Source: Candidatus Iainarchaeum sp. | Lineage (GTDB): Archaea > Iainarchaeota > Iainarchaeia > Iainarchaeales > JAZDDZ01 | Direction of reading: 5' to 3' | Assembly (NCBI GenBank): GCA_043809245.1 | Contig: JAZDDZ010000009.1 | Coordinates: 1-44,618 of the forward strand | Length of the DNA stretch: 44,618 nucleotides | Shown: one piece after another, positions 7,179 to 16,224 of the stretch | Layout of the letters: each line of letters opens with the position of its first letter | Numbering within the stretch: position 1 is the stretch's first letter | Translations under genes and position numbers: made by a program | The notes under the pieces: model-generated | What the model saw: the letters and a program-made list of their open reading frames with translations, nothing else | The model's database searches: none | Told to the model about the DNA's origin: nothing

Positions 7179-9767
7179 ATGAACAGGCGGCTTCTTTTAT
7201 TTTTCGCTTTGATTGCGCTTATTTCATTCGCGTGCGCCGCGGAAAACGTTTTCTGGCTGAGGGGAAACGACTTAAGCGCAATGCATGAAGGCGGCAGTTA
7301 TTACTTCATGGCGAGTTCTTTTCCCACAAGCACTTCGCACAAAACAGAAATAGTTAAGCAGAACAGCCCTGAACCGATTGAAATAGCGAGATGGTATTCA
7401 ATCAGCTTCTCACAGAGGCTGCTTGCAACAGGAAAAATCGAGGCATGGTTTTCAGGCCTAATTGCGGAAAATGGCTCCGCAGAATACCGCTGGACGCTTT
7501 ACGATTTTCAGACGGATAAAAGCACAAAGATAGTGCAAAGCGAATGGAGCCATGTTCCGTTTGGCGGAGAGGCAAAAAATGCTGCAGAATTGGGAGGCCT
7601 GTATGCGATTGAAAAAGGGCATAAGCTGAAACTGGTGCTTGAGGCAAAAGGAACCGCGGGAGGTAGGACAAGGCTTTCGCTTGACGAAGGAGAACTCAAC
7701 GCATCCGTCGCATTCAAATCCCTTTTCGGAGAAACATACAGTGTTTCAAATGTAAAGAATTCTGCGGCACTTGCGCTGAATCTATGCATAAGCATTGCCT
7801 GCGGAAATGATTCTGACTGCGATGACGGAAACCCCTTGAGCGCGGACATCTGCGTTAATGCAGGAACATGCAGTGCCGCGTGCTCAAACGAGGAATGCAA
7901 AACAGGCTGCAAGGCGGATTTCGAGTGCGCAGACGGAAACCCCTTCACCACTGACAAGTGCATTGGAAAGGGAAGCTGCGATGCAAAATGCGCAAACAGC
8001 GAATGCACTCCGAAATGCTCATCGGACAATGAATGCAAAGACGGCCTTAACGCAACGGTTGACGAATGCATTTATCCGGGAACATGCATTGCATACTGCA
8101 AAAGCACGGTCTGCGAACCCGCGTGCTCAGATGACGGGGAATGTGAAAATGGAATGGTGTGCGCGGACGCGGGAAAATGCAGCGCTAAATGCATTCAGCA
8201 AATTTCATGCGGCAACGAAAAATGCGAAAAATATGAAAATCCGGAAAATTGTTCGGCTGACTGCAAAACAGGGCAAGGCATATCAGTCGACGTGCTTGAG
8301 CCGAAAAAAGGCGAATTCTTTCCAAGGGGGGAAAAAGTGCTTGTAAAGGCAAGGGTTGAATCGGCTTTCAGCGATGTGAGAAACGCAATTGTTACCGCAA
8401 TAGGCCCTTTCGATGAACTCGCGCTTTCCAATGACGGAAGCAACGGCGATGAAAAGCCTGTTGACAATGTTTTCACGGGATATGCAACTATTTCAAAAAA
8501 CGCAGCGGACGGCGCAAACGAGATGACAATACAGGCAAAGGCGGGAAACGCCGGCGGCTTCAGCAAAACAAGCATTATTGTTGCGCCAATAATTGACCTT
8601 GAGCTGAACACAGGCAAAAATGATTACATTATCGGCGAGGAAATAATAGCAAGCGGCAGCGCGTCAATCAGGGGAAACCCTGCAAAAGCCACTGTCAACA
8701 TCTCAATAAACGCAGGGGGAAAGGAAATCACGCAGCAGTCAGTGGAAACAGACGGCTCAGGCGCTTTCAGCTTCAGGTTCCGCTCCCTTGCACTTCACCC
8801 CCTTGGAAACTGGCTGATTTCCGCAAGCGCGGGCGATGCAAGCGGGAACTCGGGAAAAGCGGAAAAAGAAATAGAGGTAAGCGCACCCAACTTTACAAAC
8901 CCGCTGCAAATACAGTTCACAAATGAATTAAATGCAGAATTCAAGAGAGGGGAAGAGCTCGGCTTCTACATAGCACTCAGGAATCTTGACAAAAGCCCAT
9001 TCAGCGGCGCATTTGTATACATCACGCTTCCATTCGGCTCCACCTTGAAAGCCGAAGAGGAAAACAGCGGCATTTACACTGCAAATGCAAGGATTCCCAT
9101 GGATGCGCCGGTTGGAAAGGGCAATGGCAGGATAACCGCTTTGAGGATTGACGGAGAAACTGTTTACGGCGCTGAAAAAAATTTTGAACTGGAAATACTT
9201 GACGCAGAAATACTGCTGAAAATGATTGAATTCAATGAAGGCACGGAAAAAATGGCAGGCGAAACCATTCCCCTGAAATTCAGCGCAGTTTATTCCTCTA
9301 ACGGTGAAACGCTTGAAATGCCGGCAATCGCAAAAATAGGCGGCCACCAGGTGGAACTTGAAAAGCAGGGGCCTGTTTTTTTAATCAACTACTTTGTGGA
9401 GGAGCGCGATGTCGGAAAAAATGCGCTGCTGCTCACAATTGAGGACTCCTTTGGAAACAATGCGGAGAAAATGCTCGGCGTGAAAGTCAGCGGGGTCTCG
9501 GCGCAGTACTTCTTCCTCAAATACATTAACCTTATCTTTATTGGCGCAGGGCTTATTGGGCTTTGCGCATTGGCAATAATCATGCGCAAAAGGATTGGGA
9601 AAGAAAAAAACAGCGGCACGCGGCTGACGGAAAAGCAGATAATGGAGGAAATAAAAGCCGTACAGACAAGGTATTTTAAGCGCGGCGCTGTCTCAAAGGA
9701 AAAATATTACGCGGAAATGAACAGGCTTGAGTCAGAGCTGGCTGAGCTCAAGGGGGAAAGCAAGTGA
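7179..9767 (+). CDS. Large single-pass surface protein B (862 aa), paralog of A
   Basis: Same order of modules. The N-domain shares GG.YY, KTEI.K, RWY and YR...YDF with A. 3-4 Cys repeats, then LSNDGSNGDEKPVDNVFTG, a TM helix and the tail VQTRYFKRGAVSKEKY. Confidence 0.85.
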   Translation: MNRRLLLFFALIALISFACAAENVFWLRGNDLSAMHEGGSYYFMASSFPTSTSHKTEIVKQNSPEPIEIARWYSISFSQRLLATGKIEAWFSGLIAENGSAEYRWTLYDFQTDKSTKIVQSEWSHVPFGGEAKNAAELGGLYAIEKGHKLKLVLEAKGTAGGRTRLSLDEGELNASVAFKSLFGETYSVSNVKNSAALALNLCISIACGNDSDCDDGNPLSADICVNAGTCSAACSNEECKTGCKADFECADGNPFTTDKCIGKGSCDAKCANSECTPKCSSDNECKDGLNATVDECIYPGTCIAYCKSTVCEPACSDDGECENGMVCADAGKCSAKCIQQISCGNEKCEKYENPENCSADCKTGQGISVDVLEPKKGEFFPRGEKVLVKARVESAFSDVRNAIVTAIGPFDELALSNDGSNGDEKPVDNVFTGYATISKNAADGANEMTIQAKAGNAGGFSKTSIIVAPIIDLELNTGKNDYIIGEEIIASGSASIRGNPAKATVNISINAGGKEITQQSVETDGSGAFSFRFRSLALHPLGNWLISASAGDASGNSGKAEKEIEVSAPNFTNPLQIQFTNELNAEFKRGEELGFYIALRNLDKSPFSGAFVYITLPFGSTLKAEEENSGIYTANARIPMDAPVGKGNGRITALRIDGETVYGAEKNFELEILDAEILLKMIEFNEGTEKMAGETIPLKFSAVYSSNGETLEMPAIAKIGGHQVELEKQGPVFLINYFVEERDVGKNALLLTIEDSFGNNAEKMLGVKVSGVSAQYFFLKYINLIFIGAGLIGLCALAIIMRKRIGKEKNSGTRLTEKQIMEEIKAVQTRYFKRGAVSKEKYYAEMNRLESELAELKGESK

Positions 9768-11032
9768 AAAAAAATTTCAAGTTCGCGCTTTTTGCGCTGG
9801 TTTTCTGCGCGCTGATGGCTTTTGCTGGCGCTGAAAACATTTCAATTGCGGCAAATGCGAGCATGGAAAAAGGGCAGATGCTTGAAATGCACGGCTCATG
9901 CGCAAGGCTGGCGTTTGTCGCGCTTTCAGCCACTTCAAGTGACGGCAAAAAAATATTTGAGAACGAAATCCAGTGCACGAGTGCAGGGGATTTCTCGTAC
10001 ATTTATGGCACGAGCTTTCTTGACCCTGCGGGGGAATGGGTTTTGGCCGCGGAAAGCGCGGGGGAAAAAGCCGAAACAAGCATAAGTGTTTTGGAAAAGC
10101 CAGAAAGCCAGTTTTATTTGATAACTTTCCTGAGCCCCAGCGCAACGGAATACAAGAGGACAGATGACATAATCATCAGCGTGAAGGTGACTGATTCGGG
10201 AAAGGCTGTTGATGACGCCAATGTAATTGCTTGGGGCGTTGAAGGAAAAAGGATTCAGCTTTACGGAAACGGGAATGGCAACTATTCCACAACCTACGGG
10301 CTTCCGTTTGACGCTGAACTCGGTGAATGGGTGCTGACCGTGGCTGCCGATAAAAAAAGCGAGTCACTTTATGCGGGCGGGGAGAACAGCATTTCATTGG
10401 CTGTTGCAAAGGCGAGGATAATAATTGATGCCTTGGAGCCAAGCCTTGAGACATACCAGTTAAGCGAACCGATTCCGCTGAAAGCAAGTGCGGTGTACTC
10501 AAGCGGGAAAAAATTGGCTGGCGCAGGGGAAAAGCCGAAAATCACTGCAAGAATCGGGGAAAACGAGGTTTTGCTGCAGCAGGTTGACGAGAATTTTTTC
10601 GCGGGATCCTATGAACCAAGGGGAGAGGACTTCGGTGAAATTGCGATTGTGTTCAGCGCAACGGACGAGGCGGGAAACACAGGGGAAACCCTGAAAACCG
10701 TTATCACGACAAACTATTGGGGCTGGTTCCTCAAAAACAATTTGCTTTTCTTTGTCGTTGCAATTGTTCTGGCTGTTTTGCTCGCGAGGTTTTTTTATTC
10801 AGGGGCAAAATACTCGATTATGGGCAGCAGGCTGAAAAACGAGAAAACACAGACAGAAGAGCTTATTAAAAGCCTGCAGCGCGAGTACTTTGAGAAAGGG
10901 GTTATGCCCGCGGGAACCTACAAGGAAAACCTTTCAAAGCTGAAAGCAAAGTTAACGGAATTGGATGCAAGGATAGCGGACATGGAGGCATTGGAGGAAA
11001 AAAAGAAGAAAAAGAAAAAAGGCCTTGTGTGA
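9764..11032 (+). CDS. Single-pass surface protein C (422 aa), short paralog with only the Ig/MG2-like domains
   Basis: Signal peptide; SFLDPAGEWVL matches SLLDRQGKWAV (A) and LALHPLGNWLI (B). TM helix, tail LQREYFEKGVMPAGTY and a poly-Lys end. Start overlaps the stop of B (GTGA). Confidence 0.85.
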   Translation: MKKNFKFALFALVFCALMAFAGAENISIAANASMEKGQMLEMHGSCARLAFVALSATSSDGKKIFENEIQCTSAGDFSYIYGTSFLDPAGEWVLAAESAGEKAETSISVLEKPESQFYLITFLSPSATEYKRTDDIIISVKVTDSGKAVDDANVIAWGVEGKRIQLYGNGNGNYSTTYGLPFDAELGEWVLTVAADKKSESLYAGGENSISLAVAKARIIIDALEPSLETYQLSEPIPLKASAVYSSGKKLAGAGEKPKITARIGENEVLLQQVDENFFAGSYEPRGEDFGEIAIVFSATDEAGNTGETLKTVITTNYWGWFLKNNLLFFVVAIVLAVLLARFFYSGAKYSIMGSRLKNEKTQTEELIKSLQREYFEKGVMPAGTYKENLSKLKAKLTELDARIADMEALEEKKKKKKKGLV

Positions 11033-11080
11033 AAGTATTTTATATGTGGAAAAAGAAATGTATTAGGGCAAGGGCTGCAA

Positions 11081-12319
11081 ATGGCGGATGAAGAGAAAAA
11101 AAAGGCACTGGCAGAGGCAACTGAAAGGCTTCTGAAAGACTTGAAGGACGAGGGCGAAGTCCTTTCAAACCTAAAGGACATTGGGGTGGGCGAGGAAGAA
11201 GCCAAAAAAATGATTGATGACGCAAAGAAAAAAGGGATAACCGCTGAAAAAAGCGCGGAACAGGAATGGGGCGGGTTAGGCAAGGGCCTTCCCGCAAAAA
11301 AACTGCTTGAAAAAGAGGACATGTTCTGGTCAAAGCCATTGTTCCAGAAAAAAACAAAAGCCCCTGCAATGGATGAAAAAAGCGGCAAAAAAGGGGAAAA
11401 ACACATTTTTGGCGGAATGAAATTTGGGGGCAAAAAAGGGGAAAAGCTTGATGAAGTGCTTCCTGAAAAAAAGGAAAAGGCAAGGCATGAAGCAAAAGGA
11501 ATTAGCAGCAGGAGCAGCGGAGGAGGGGGAGGCGGAGGAGGAATTGAAAGGGAAAGGGAAAAGGCGCGCTTCCGCGAGGTAATGCCTGTAAGGGTGAGCG
11601 ATTTTGACAGGCTGATTGAAAAAGGCGGGTTAAAGAGAGGCGACACAGTGCTTTTAAGCGGCGGCTGCGGCACTGGAAAAACTACTTTTGCAATGCAGTC
11701 AATGTATAACGCGGTTCTTGCAGGGGAAAAAGCCGTTTATTTAACGCTTGAGGAAACCGCGGAAAAAATAAAGGAAAACATGTACGAGAATTTTGGCTGG
11801 GACCTTTACACCTTGGAAGAGGAAAACAAGATTGCAATAATCAAAATCGACCCCCTAAGCATTGCAAGGGCGGTTGAAGCGGCTTTGACAAAGGAAAGAG
11901 GCGGCCTTTACATAGAGCTTGAGGAATTCGATTTGCCTTTCCAGTTCAATTTGCCGTTCAAGCCGGACAGGGTTACAGTTGATTCCTTGAGCGCGTTAAG
12001 CATTGCGTTCATGGAGAACGAGCAGGGATACAGGCAATACCTCAGGCATCTTTTTGAAACGCTTGAAAAATACAATTCAGTGAACATTGTTTTAGGGGAA
12101 ACAGAACAGCAGCCGAATGTTTACAGCAGGAGCGGAGTCGAAGAATTCTTGGCGGACGGAGTCATAGTGCTTTACAACATCAAAATACACAACTTGAGGG
12201 AAAAGGCTTTGGAGATATTAAAGCTCAGGAGCTCAAACCACGAAAAGCGAATTGTTCCATACAAAATATGCGACAGGGGAATAGAGATTTACATAAACCA
12301 AAGTTTGTTCAGGGAATGA
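11081..12319 (+). CDS. KaiC/RAD55-like ATPase 1 with N-terminal helical module and Lys/Gly-rich linker
   Basis: GGLKRGDTVLLSGGCGTGKT, YLTLEE, VTVDSLS, GVEEFLADGVI and LEILKLRSSNH. Confidence 0.9.
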   Translation: MADEEKKKALAEATERLLKDLKDEGEVLSNLKDIGVGEEEAKKMIDDAKKKGITAEKSAEQEWGGLGKGLPAKKLLEKEDMFWSKPLFQKKTKAPAMDEKSGKKGEKHIFGGMKFGGKKGEKLDEVLPEKKEKARHEAKGISSRSSGGGGGGGGIEREREKARFREVMPVRVSDFDRLIEKGGLKRGDTVLLSGGCGTGKTTFAMQSMYNAVLAGEKAVYLTLEETAEKIKENMYENFGWDLYTLEEENKIAIIKIDPLSIARAVEAALTKERGGLYIELEEFDLPFQFNLPFKPDRVTVDSLSALSIAFMENEQGYRQYLRHLFETLEKYNSVNIVLGETEQQPNVYSRSGVEEFLADGVIVLYNIKIHNLREKALEILKLRSSNHEKRIVPYKICDRGIEIYINQSLFRE

Positions 12320-12351
12320 AAGTTAAAGCAAGAAAAAAAAGGGAAATGCGC

Positions 12352-12735
12352 TTAATCAATTTCTTCCATTTCGGCTTCTAACTGTGTGACCTTGGTGATT
12401 TTGTCCTTGACCTTGTCAATCTGTTCCTTTAAGCGGTTTCTTTTAAGGCTTAATTCCTCTTCTTTTGCGACAAGCTTTGTGACCTTGTTTTTCAGTTCAA
12501 CCTGCTGGTCCTGTGTGGAAGAAATGGTTCCTGCAACTGACTGCAGGCCGCGTTCCGTTGAAATTTTTTCCAAGCGCAGGCGCTCCAGTTCGGCTTCAAT
12601 GTCCTTCAGTGCCTCTGAAAGAAGCGAGTGGGTTTTAACCTGCTTTGCCACTGCAGGGGACTTTTTCTTATTTTTTTTAGCGGGTTTTTTTGCCGCTTTT
12701 CTGGGCTTTGAAGCCTTTTTCTTTTTCTTTGCCAA
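12352..12735 (-). CDS. Coiled-coil protein with Lys/Ala/Pro-rich basic N-terminus
   Basis: MAKKKKKASKPRKAAKKPAKK followed by ~90 aa of heptad pattern; TTG start. Confidence 0.75.
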   Translation of the reverse strand: MAKKKKKASKPRKAAKKPAKKNKKKSPAVAKQVKTHSLLSEALKDIEAELERLRLEKISTERGLQSVAGTISSTQDQQVELKNKVTKLVAKEEELSLKRNRLKEQIDKVKDKITKVTQLEAEMEEID

Positions 12736-12821
12736 TCAAAACACCGAAACCAAGAATAAATGTGCTAACATATAGAGATTGTTATCGTTTAAAAACTTTA
12801 CCATTCGGTTTTCCTTACTTT

Positions 12822-14546
12822 CTAGCCTTTCCTTAGCATTTCCTCTATTTTTTTCTTGTCCTTTGAATAGGCGTCCTTGGAAACAACGCCCAATGCATAG
12901 CTCCTGTTCAGGGCAAGGAGCTTTTTTTCAAGCCTGTGCATTAATTCCTCGTGCTCTGCCTTTTTTTTCTGGGCAAAACGCTGTTTTTTTGCAAGAAGGT
13001 TGCGGTGGTTTTTTTCCTCAACCGAAATCTTCCTTCTTTTTGCAATGTGCTTCTCCATTTCCCTGAAGCGCAAGTCAAGCATGTTCAGGTGCTGCTTTAA
13101 TTCCTTTTTGATCGAGGGCTGCTGCTTTATGCTGTTTATTTTCTTTGCGAGCTTTGAGAGGTCAACCGTGACTTTTGGGGCCTTTTGAACCTGCGCCGGC
13201 TGTTTTTCAAGCTTTTCAATTTTTTGCTCAAGGCGCGAAAGATGCTCTTTCAAATCATCCTTTACCTGCGGCTCCTTTTTCAGCTTGTCCATTTTCAATG
13301 CAAGGCGCTGCATTTCCCTTTGAACGATTTTCTTCAAGGCTGTTGTCTGCGCCTCAATCGCCTGCACTTTTTGCGCTGAAGCCTTTTCATAAACAGGCTC
13401 CTCGAACCGCACTTCCTTCAGCAGGCCGGAAATTTTTTCCATGCGCGGCTTTTTCGCAAAAGAAGGCTTGCCAAAAGCAGGGCCCTCCAGTGAAATGAGG
13501 GAAAATTCATCCAGTGAAAGCGAGTCATCAATGAACATCCCCAAATCCTTTACTGCCTCCGCGTTCTGGTCAGAGTCAAGGACTGTGAAGACGCCGTCAA
13601 CGGAATTCGTGCGCACCTTGCCGATAAGCGAGTGCATGAACTTTGTCACTGTTGAAGGGTTTTCGTAAATCAAAAGCGTTGAAAGCGAATCCAAAAGAAT
13701 TGCGTCGGGCCTCTGCTTTGCCAGAACATCGGAAATCGCAAGGCTCAGCTCGATCAACGCGTTTGGCGAGGAAACAAAAACGCAGTTGCTGCGCGGCTCG
13801 ACAATTGCCTGCGAGGTCTTTGTAATCGCGTCAATCAGGAAAAACCTTTTCATGTCAATGCCTGCATCCGCAAAAGACCTGAACAAGGAATCACAGCGGT
13901 CATTCAATGAAACATAGCACACAAGGGAATATGTTTCAGCCATTGTCTGCGCCAGCTCCACAATGCTTGAAGTGTAGCCCTTGCTTGGAAGCGCTACAAG
14001 CGTTATCCTGGAATGCCTTGAAGACAGCTTTTTTGCGCTTTTCTCAGGAACAGCGATTTCCTTTTCCTTGGCGGGAACGAAAACAATTTTTTTCTCAGCA
14101 GCGGCTTTAAGCTCAAATTCGGGAAGTTTAAGTTCGGCTTCATCTGAAGGTTCAATGGTTTCTGGTTCCAACCCGCTTTCCTCTTCCCCTTTCTTTTTTT
14201 CCTCAGCGGCTTTTGGCGCAGCGGGCTTTTCAGGCAAAGAAATGAACGGCTTTTCAATGAAAGAGGAAATGATTTCCTTTTCCCGTTCCTCCTGCTCCTT
14301 TTTTGGCTCTGGCTTTGGCGCTGGCTGTGCTTCCTGCACCGGCATTTCTTCCCCTTCTTTTGCCTCTTTCTGCGCTGGAATTAATTCCGTTTCCTTTTTC
14401 GCGTCCTCTACAATGGATTGGGCTTCCTCAAAGGAAATTCCCGCAAGGCCTGACATCTCCGAGGCAATGTCCTGGACTGAAGCGCCTTCCTTCAAAAGCT
14501 TTTTGGCTGAATCAAGCAAAAGCTCCCTTTTTCCCATAGATAACAA
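12822..14546 (-). CDS. Multidomain protein: N-terminal helical module, acidic linker, P-loop-less KaiC/RecA-fold domain, coiled coil, SHOCT-like C-terminus
   Basis: VCYVSLND, FFLIDAIT, ILLDSLSTLLIY, VTKFMHSL and GMFIDD are present but there is no Walker A. C-terminus LNRSYALGVVSKDAYSKDKKKI. Confidence 0.8.
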   Translation of the reverse strand: MLSMGKRELLLDSAKKLLKEGASVQDIASEMSGLAGISFEEAQSIVEDAKKETELIPAQKEAKEGEEMPVQEAQPAPKPEPKKEQEEREKEIISSFIEKPFISLPEKPAAPKAAEEKKKGEEESGLEPETIEPSDEAELKLPEFELKAAAEKKIVFVPAKEKEIAVPEKSAKKLSSRHSRITLVALPSKGYTSSIVELAQTMAETYSLVCYVSLNDRCDSLFRSFADAGIDMKRFFLIDAITKTSQAIVEPRSNCVFVSSPNALIELSLAISDVLAKQRPDAILLDSLSTLLIYENPSTVTKFMHSLIGKVRTNSVDGVFTVLDSDQNAEAVKDLGMFIDDSLSLDEFSLISLEGPAFGKPSFAKKPRMEKISGLLKEVRFEEPVYEKASAQKVQAIEAQTTALKKIVQREMQRLALKMDKLKKEPQVKDDLKEHLSRLEQKIEKLEKQPAQVQKAPKVTVDLSKLAKKINSIKQQPSIKKELKQHLNMLDLRFREMEKHIAKRRKISVEEKNHRNLLAKKQRFAQKKKAEHEELMHRLEKKLLALNRSYALGVVSKDAYSKDKKKIEEMLRKG

Positions 14547-14648
14547 TAAGTGAAAGGGAAAAGATGTTTATTAAATTATCTGAAAGCGGTAAAAAAAAGA
14601 TTGGCTGCGGGAAATGCTTCCCGCAGAATGCCTGAAAAAAACCTTGTT

Positions 14649-15116
14649 TTACGGGCAGCTTCCAATCAAGTCCACTGTTCCGCCTTCCGTCTTTCCGCTG
14701 ATGTTTGGCGTGCTGTAAGTGATGTTGAAGTCCAGAGAATAGGACTGTCCGCTTGTGCACACAGGCTGTGAACCAATGAATGGAATCGCTTTCTCTTCGC
14801 CCGCTGAATAAGTCGTGCTTGTGACTGTTGACGCATACTGTGTTGTGCCGTTATGGAAGTGCATGCCAGTAACAGTTATCTTGCTGGATGACTGGTTCCT
14901 CAGGACAATGGTTGCATCGCCTGCAGTGCCAGTTATCTGCCAGTCGGTTACAGCCAACGGAGACTGTGAAGCCCAGTAAGCTTTGCTCTGGCTTTCCGTA
15001 ACTCCAGTTCCCATTCCAGGAAGGAATCCCAGGACGCCGACAACAACCAATGCAATCACTATCACCACTGCCAAAATTATCAGGTATTCAGTTGTACCTT
15101 GACCTTTAAAATTCAT
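14649..15116 (-). CDS. Type IV pilin, probable major pilin (class III signal peptide)
   Basis: MNFKG/QGTTEYLIILAVVIVIALVVVGVL (Q+1, E+5). Has its own promoter and a strong SD. Confidence 0.88.
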   Translation of the reverse strand: MNFKGQGTTEYLIILAVVIVIALVVVGVLGFLPGMGTGVTESQSKAYWASQSPLAVTDWQITGTAGDATIVLRNQSSSKITVTGMHFHNGTTQYASTVTSTTYSAGEEKAIPFIGSQPVCTSGQSYSLDFNITYSTPNISGKTEGGTVDLIGSCP

Positions 15117-15121
15117 TCAAA

Positions 15122-15195
15122 ACCTCCTTTTCAAGTTTTTTTAAGTGCAAATGCCTATTGCATAATAAAGCATTTTCTTATTTAAAAGGCTTTCC
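15122..15195 (-). promoter_or_regulatory. BRE-TATA promoter and SD of the pilin gene
   Basis: Minus strand GGAAAGCCTTTTAAATAAG (TTTAAATA at 15179-15186), and GGAGGT at 15122-15127. Confidence 0.7.
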
Positions 15196-15210
15196 CCTCA
15201 GTTTTCCGAG

Positions 15211-16224
15211 TTATATTCCAAGAACGATTGCTAGAAGGTAGCGAAAAGCGAAAAACAATGCGATTGACGCCACAAGCATTCCGGGAAAAAATTTCAATCC
15301 AAGCTTTGCCTTTCCCGAATCAATTACCCCCATGAAAAGCGATGCAAGCACTGAGTTGCCGAAAAGCAGAATGAATGCGATTGACTGCATGAAGGAAGGG
15401 GCAATGTTCATCTGCGCCCTGAGAAAGCCAAGGGAACCAGTGACAGCGCCGACATTGCTTTTCACCTGAATGGAGATAATCATTTCAAGGAATTTGATTG
15501 AGATGGCCATGAGCAAAGGCGTGGCTATGACAACGACAAAGGCAACGAAAAGCACGTACATTTTCGTGCTTGACTGCAGCTCTTTTTTCATTTCCTGCGT
15601 TTTTCTCAGGTCGTTTGCGCTTTCCTCCATGAGCTTTGCAAGGTGGCCGCCTGAGTGAAGGGCCTGTGAGAAAAATGAAACTGTTTCACGCAAAACCTTT
15701 GAATTCACGCGGGCGCTTAAATTAGCCAAGGCATCTGTGAATGACTCTGTTCCAAGGGAACGCGAGACAGCAATTTTTGCCTCGTTGCTTAAGGCGCCGA
15801 ACTCAGGCCTTGCAGCTGAACGGAACGCGGCAAAAGGAGTCATGCCAGCGCGGAGATTGCTTGAAACAAGGAAAAGGAAGTCAGGCAGGATTTCCTCCAC
15901 TTTCTGCACCCTTGCCTCTGAGGCAAAGAAAAGGCGCAAATAATAAAGCAAAAGCAGGAGGGAAAAAATCGCCGCAAACAAAAGAAGCGAGATAAAGGGA
16001 ATAAGTTCCTCGGGAATGAATGAATAAACCGCGGGGAAATAAGGCGAAAGGCTCAGGGGAACAAGCGCTGCGGCAAGCGCAATCAGGAAAGAGAAAAGGA
16101 TTCTTTTGCCCAGCCAAATGTCGGCTTCAACGCTGTTTCCCGCAAATGAAAGAAGCGAGGCCACGCTTTCCCTCGGTTTTTTTGGCAGCATGCCCGCAAT
16201 CCTTTCCGCAAACCAGTCAAGCAT
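15211..16224 (-). CDS. Type IV pilus platform protein (TadC/T2SS-F family)
   Basis: VEEILPDFLFLVSSNLRAGMTPFAAF and SGGHLAKLMEESANDLR; multiple TM helices. Confidence 0.9.
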   Translation of the reverse strand: MLDWFAERIAGMLPKKPRESVASLLSFAGNSVEADIWLGKRILFSFLIALAAALVPLSLSPYFPAVYSFIPEELIPFISLLLFAAIFSLLLLLYYLRLFFASEARVQKVEEILPDFLFLVSSNLRAGMTPFAAFRSAARPEFGALSNEAKIAVSRSLGTESFTDALANLSARVNSKVLRETVSFFSQALHSGGHLAKLMEESANDLRKTQEMKKELQSSTKMYVLFVAFVVVIATPLLMAISIKFLEMIISIQVKSNVGAVTGSLGFLRAQMNIAPSFMQSIAFILLFGNSVLASLFMGVIDSGKAKLGLKFFPGMLVASIALFFAFRYLLAIVLGI

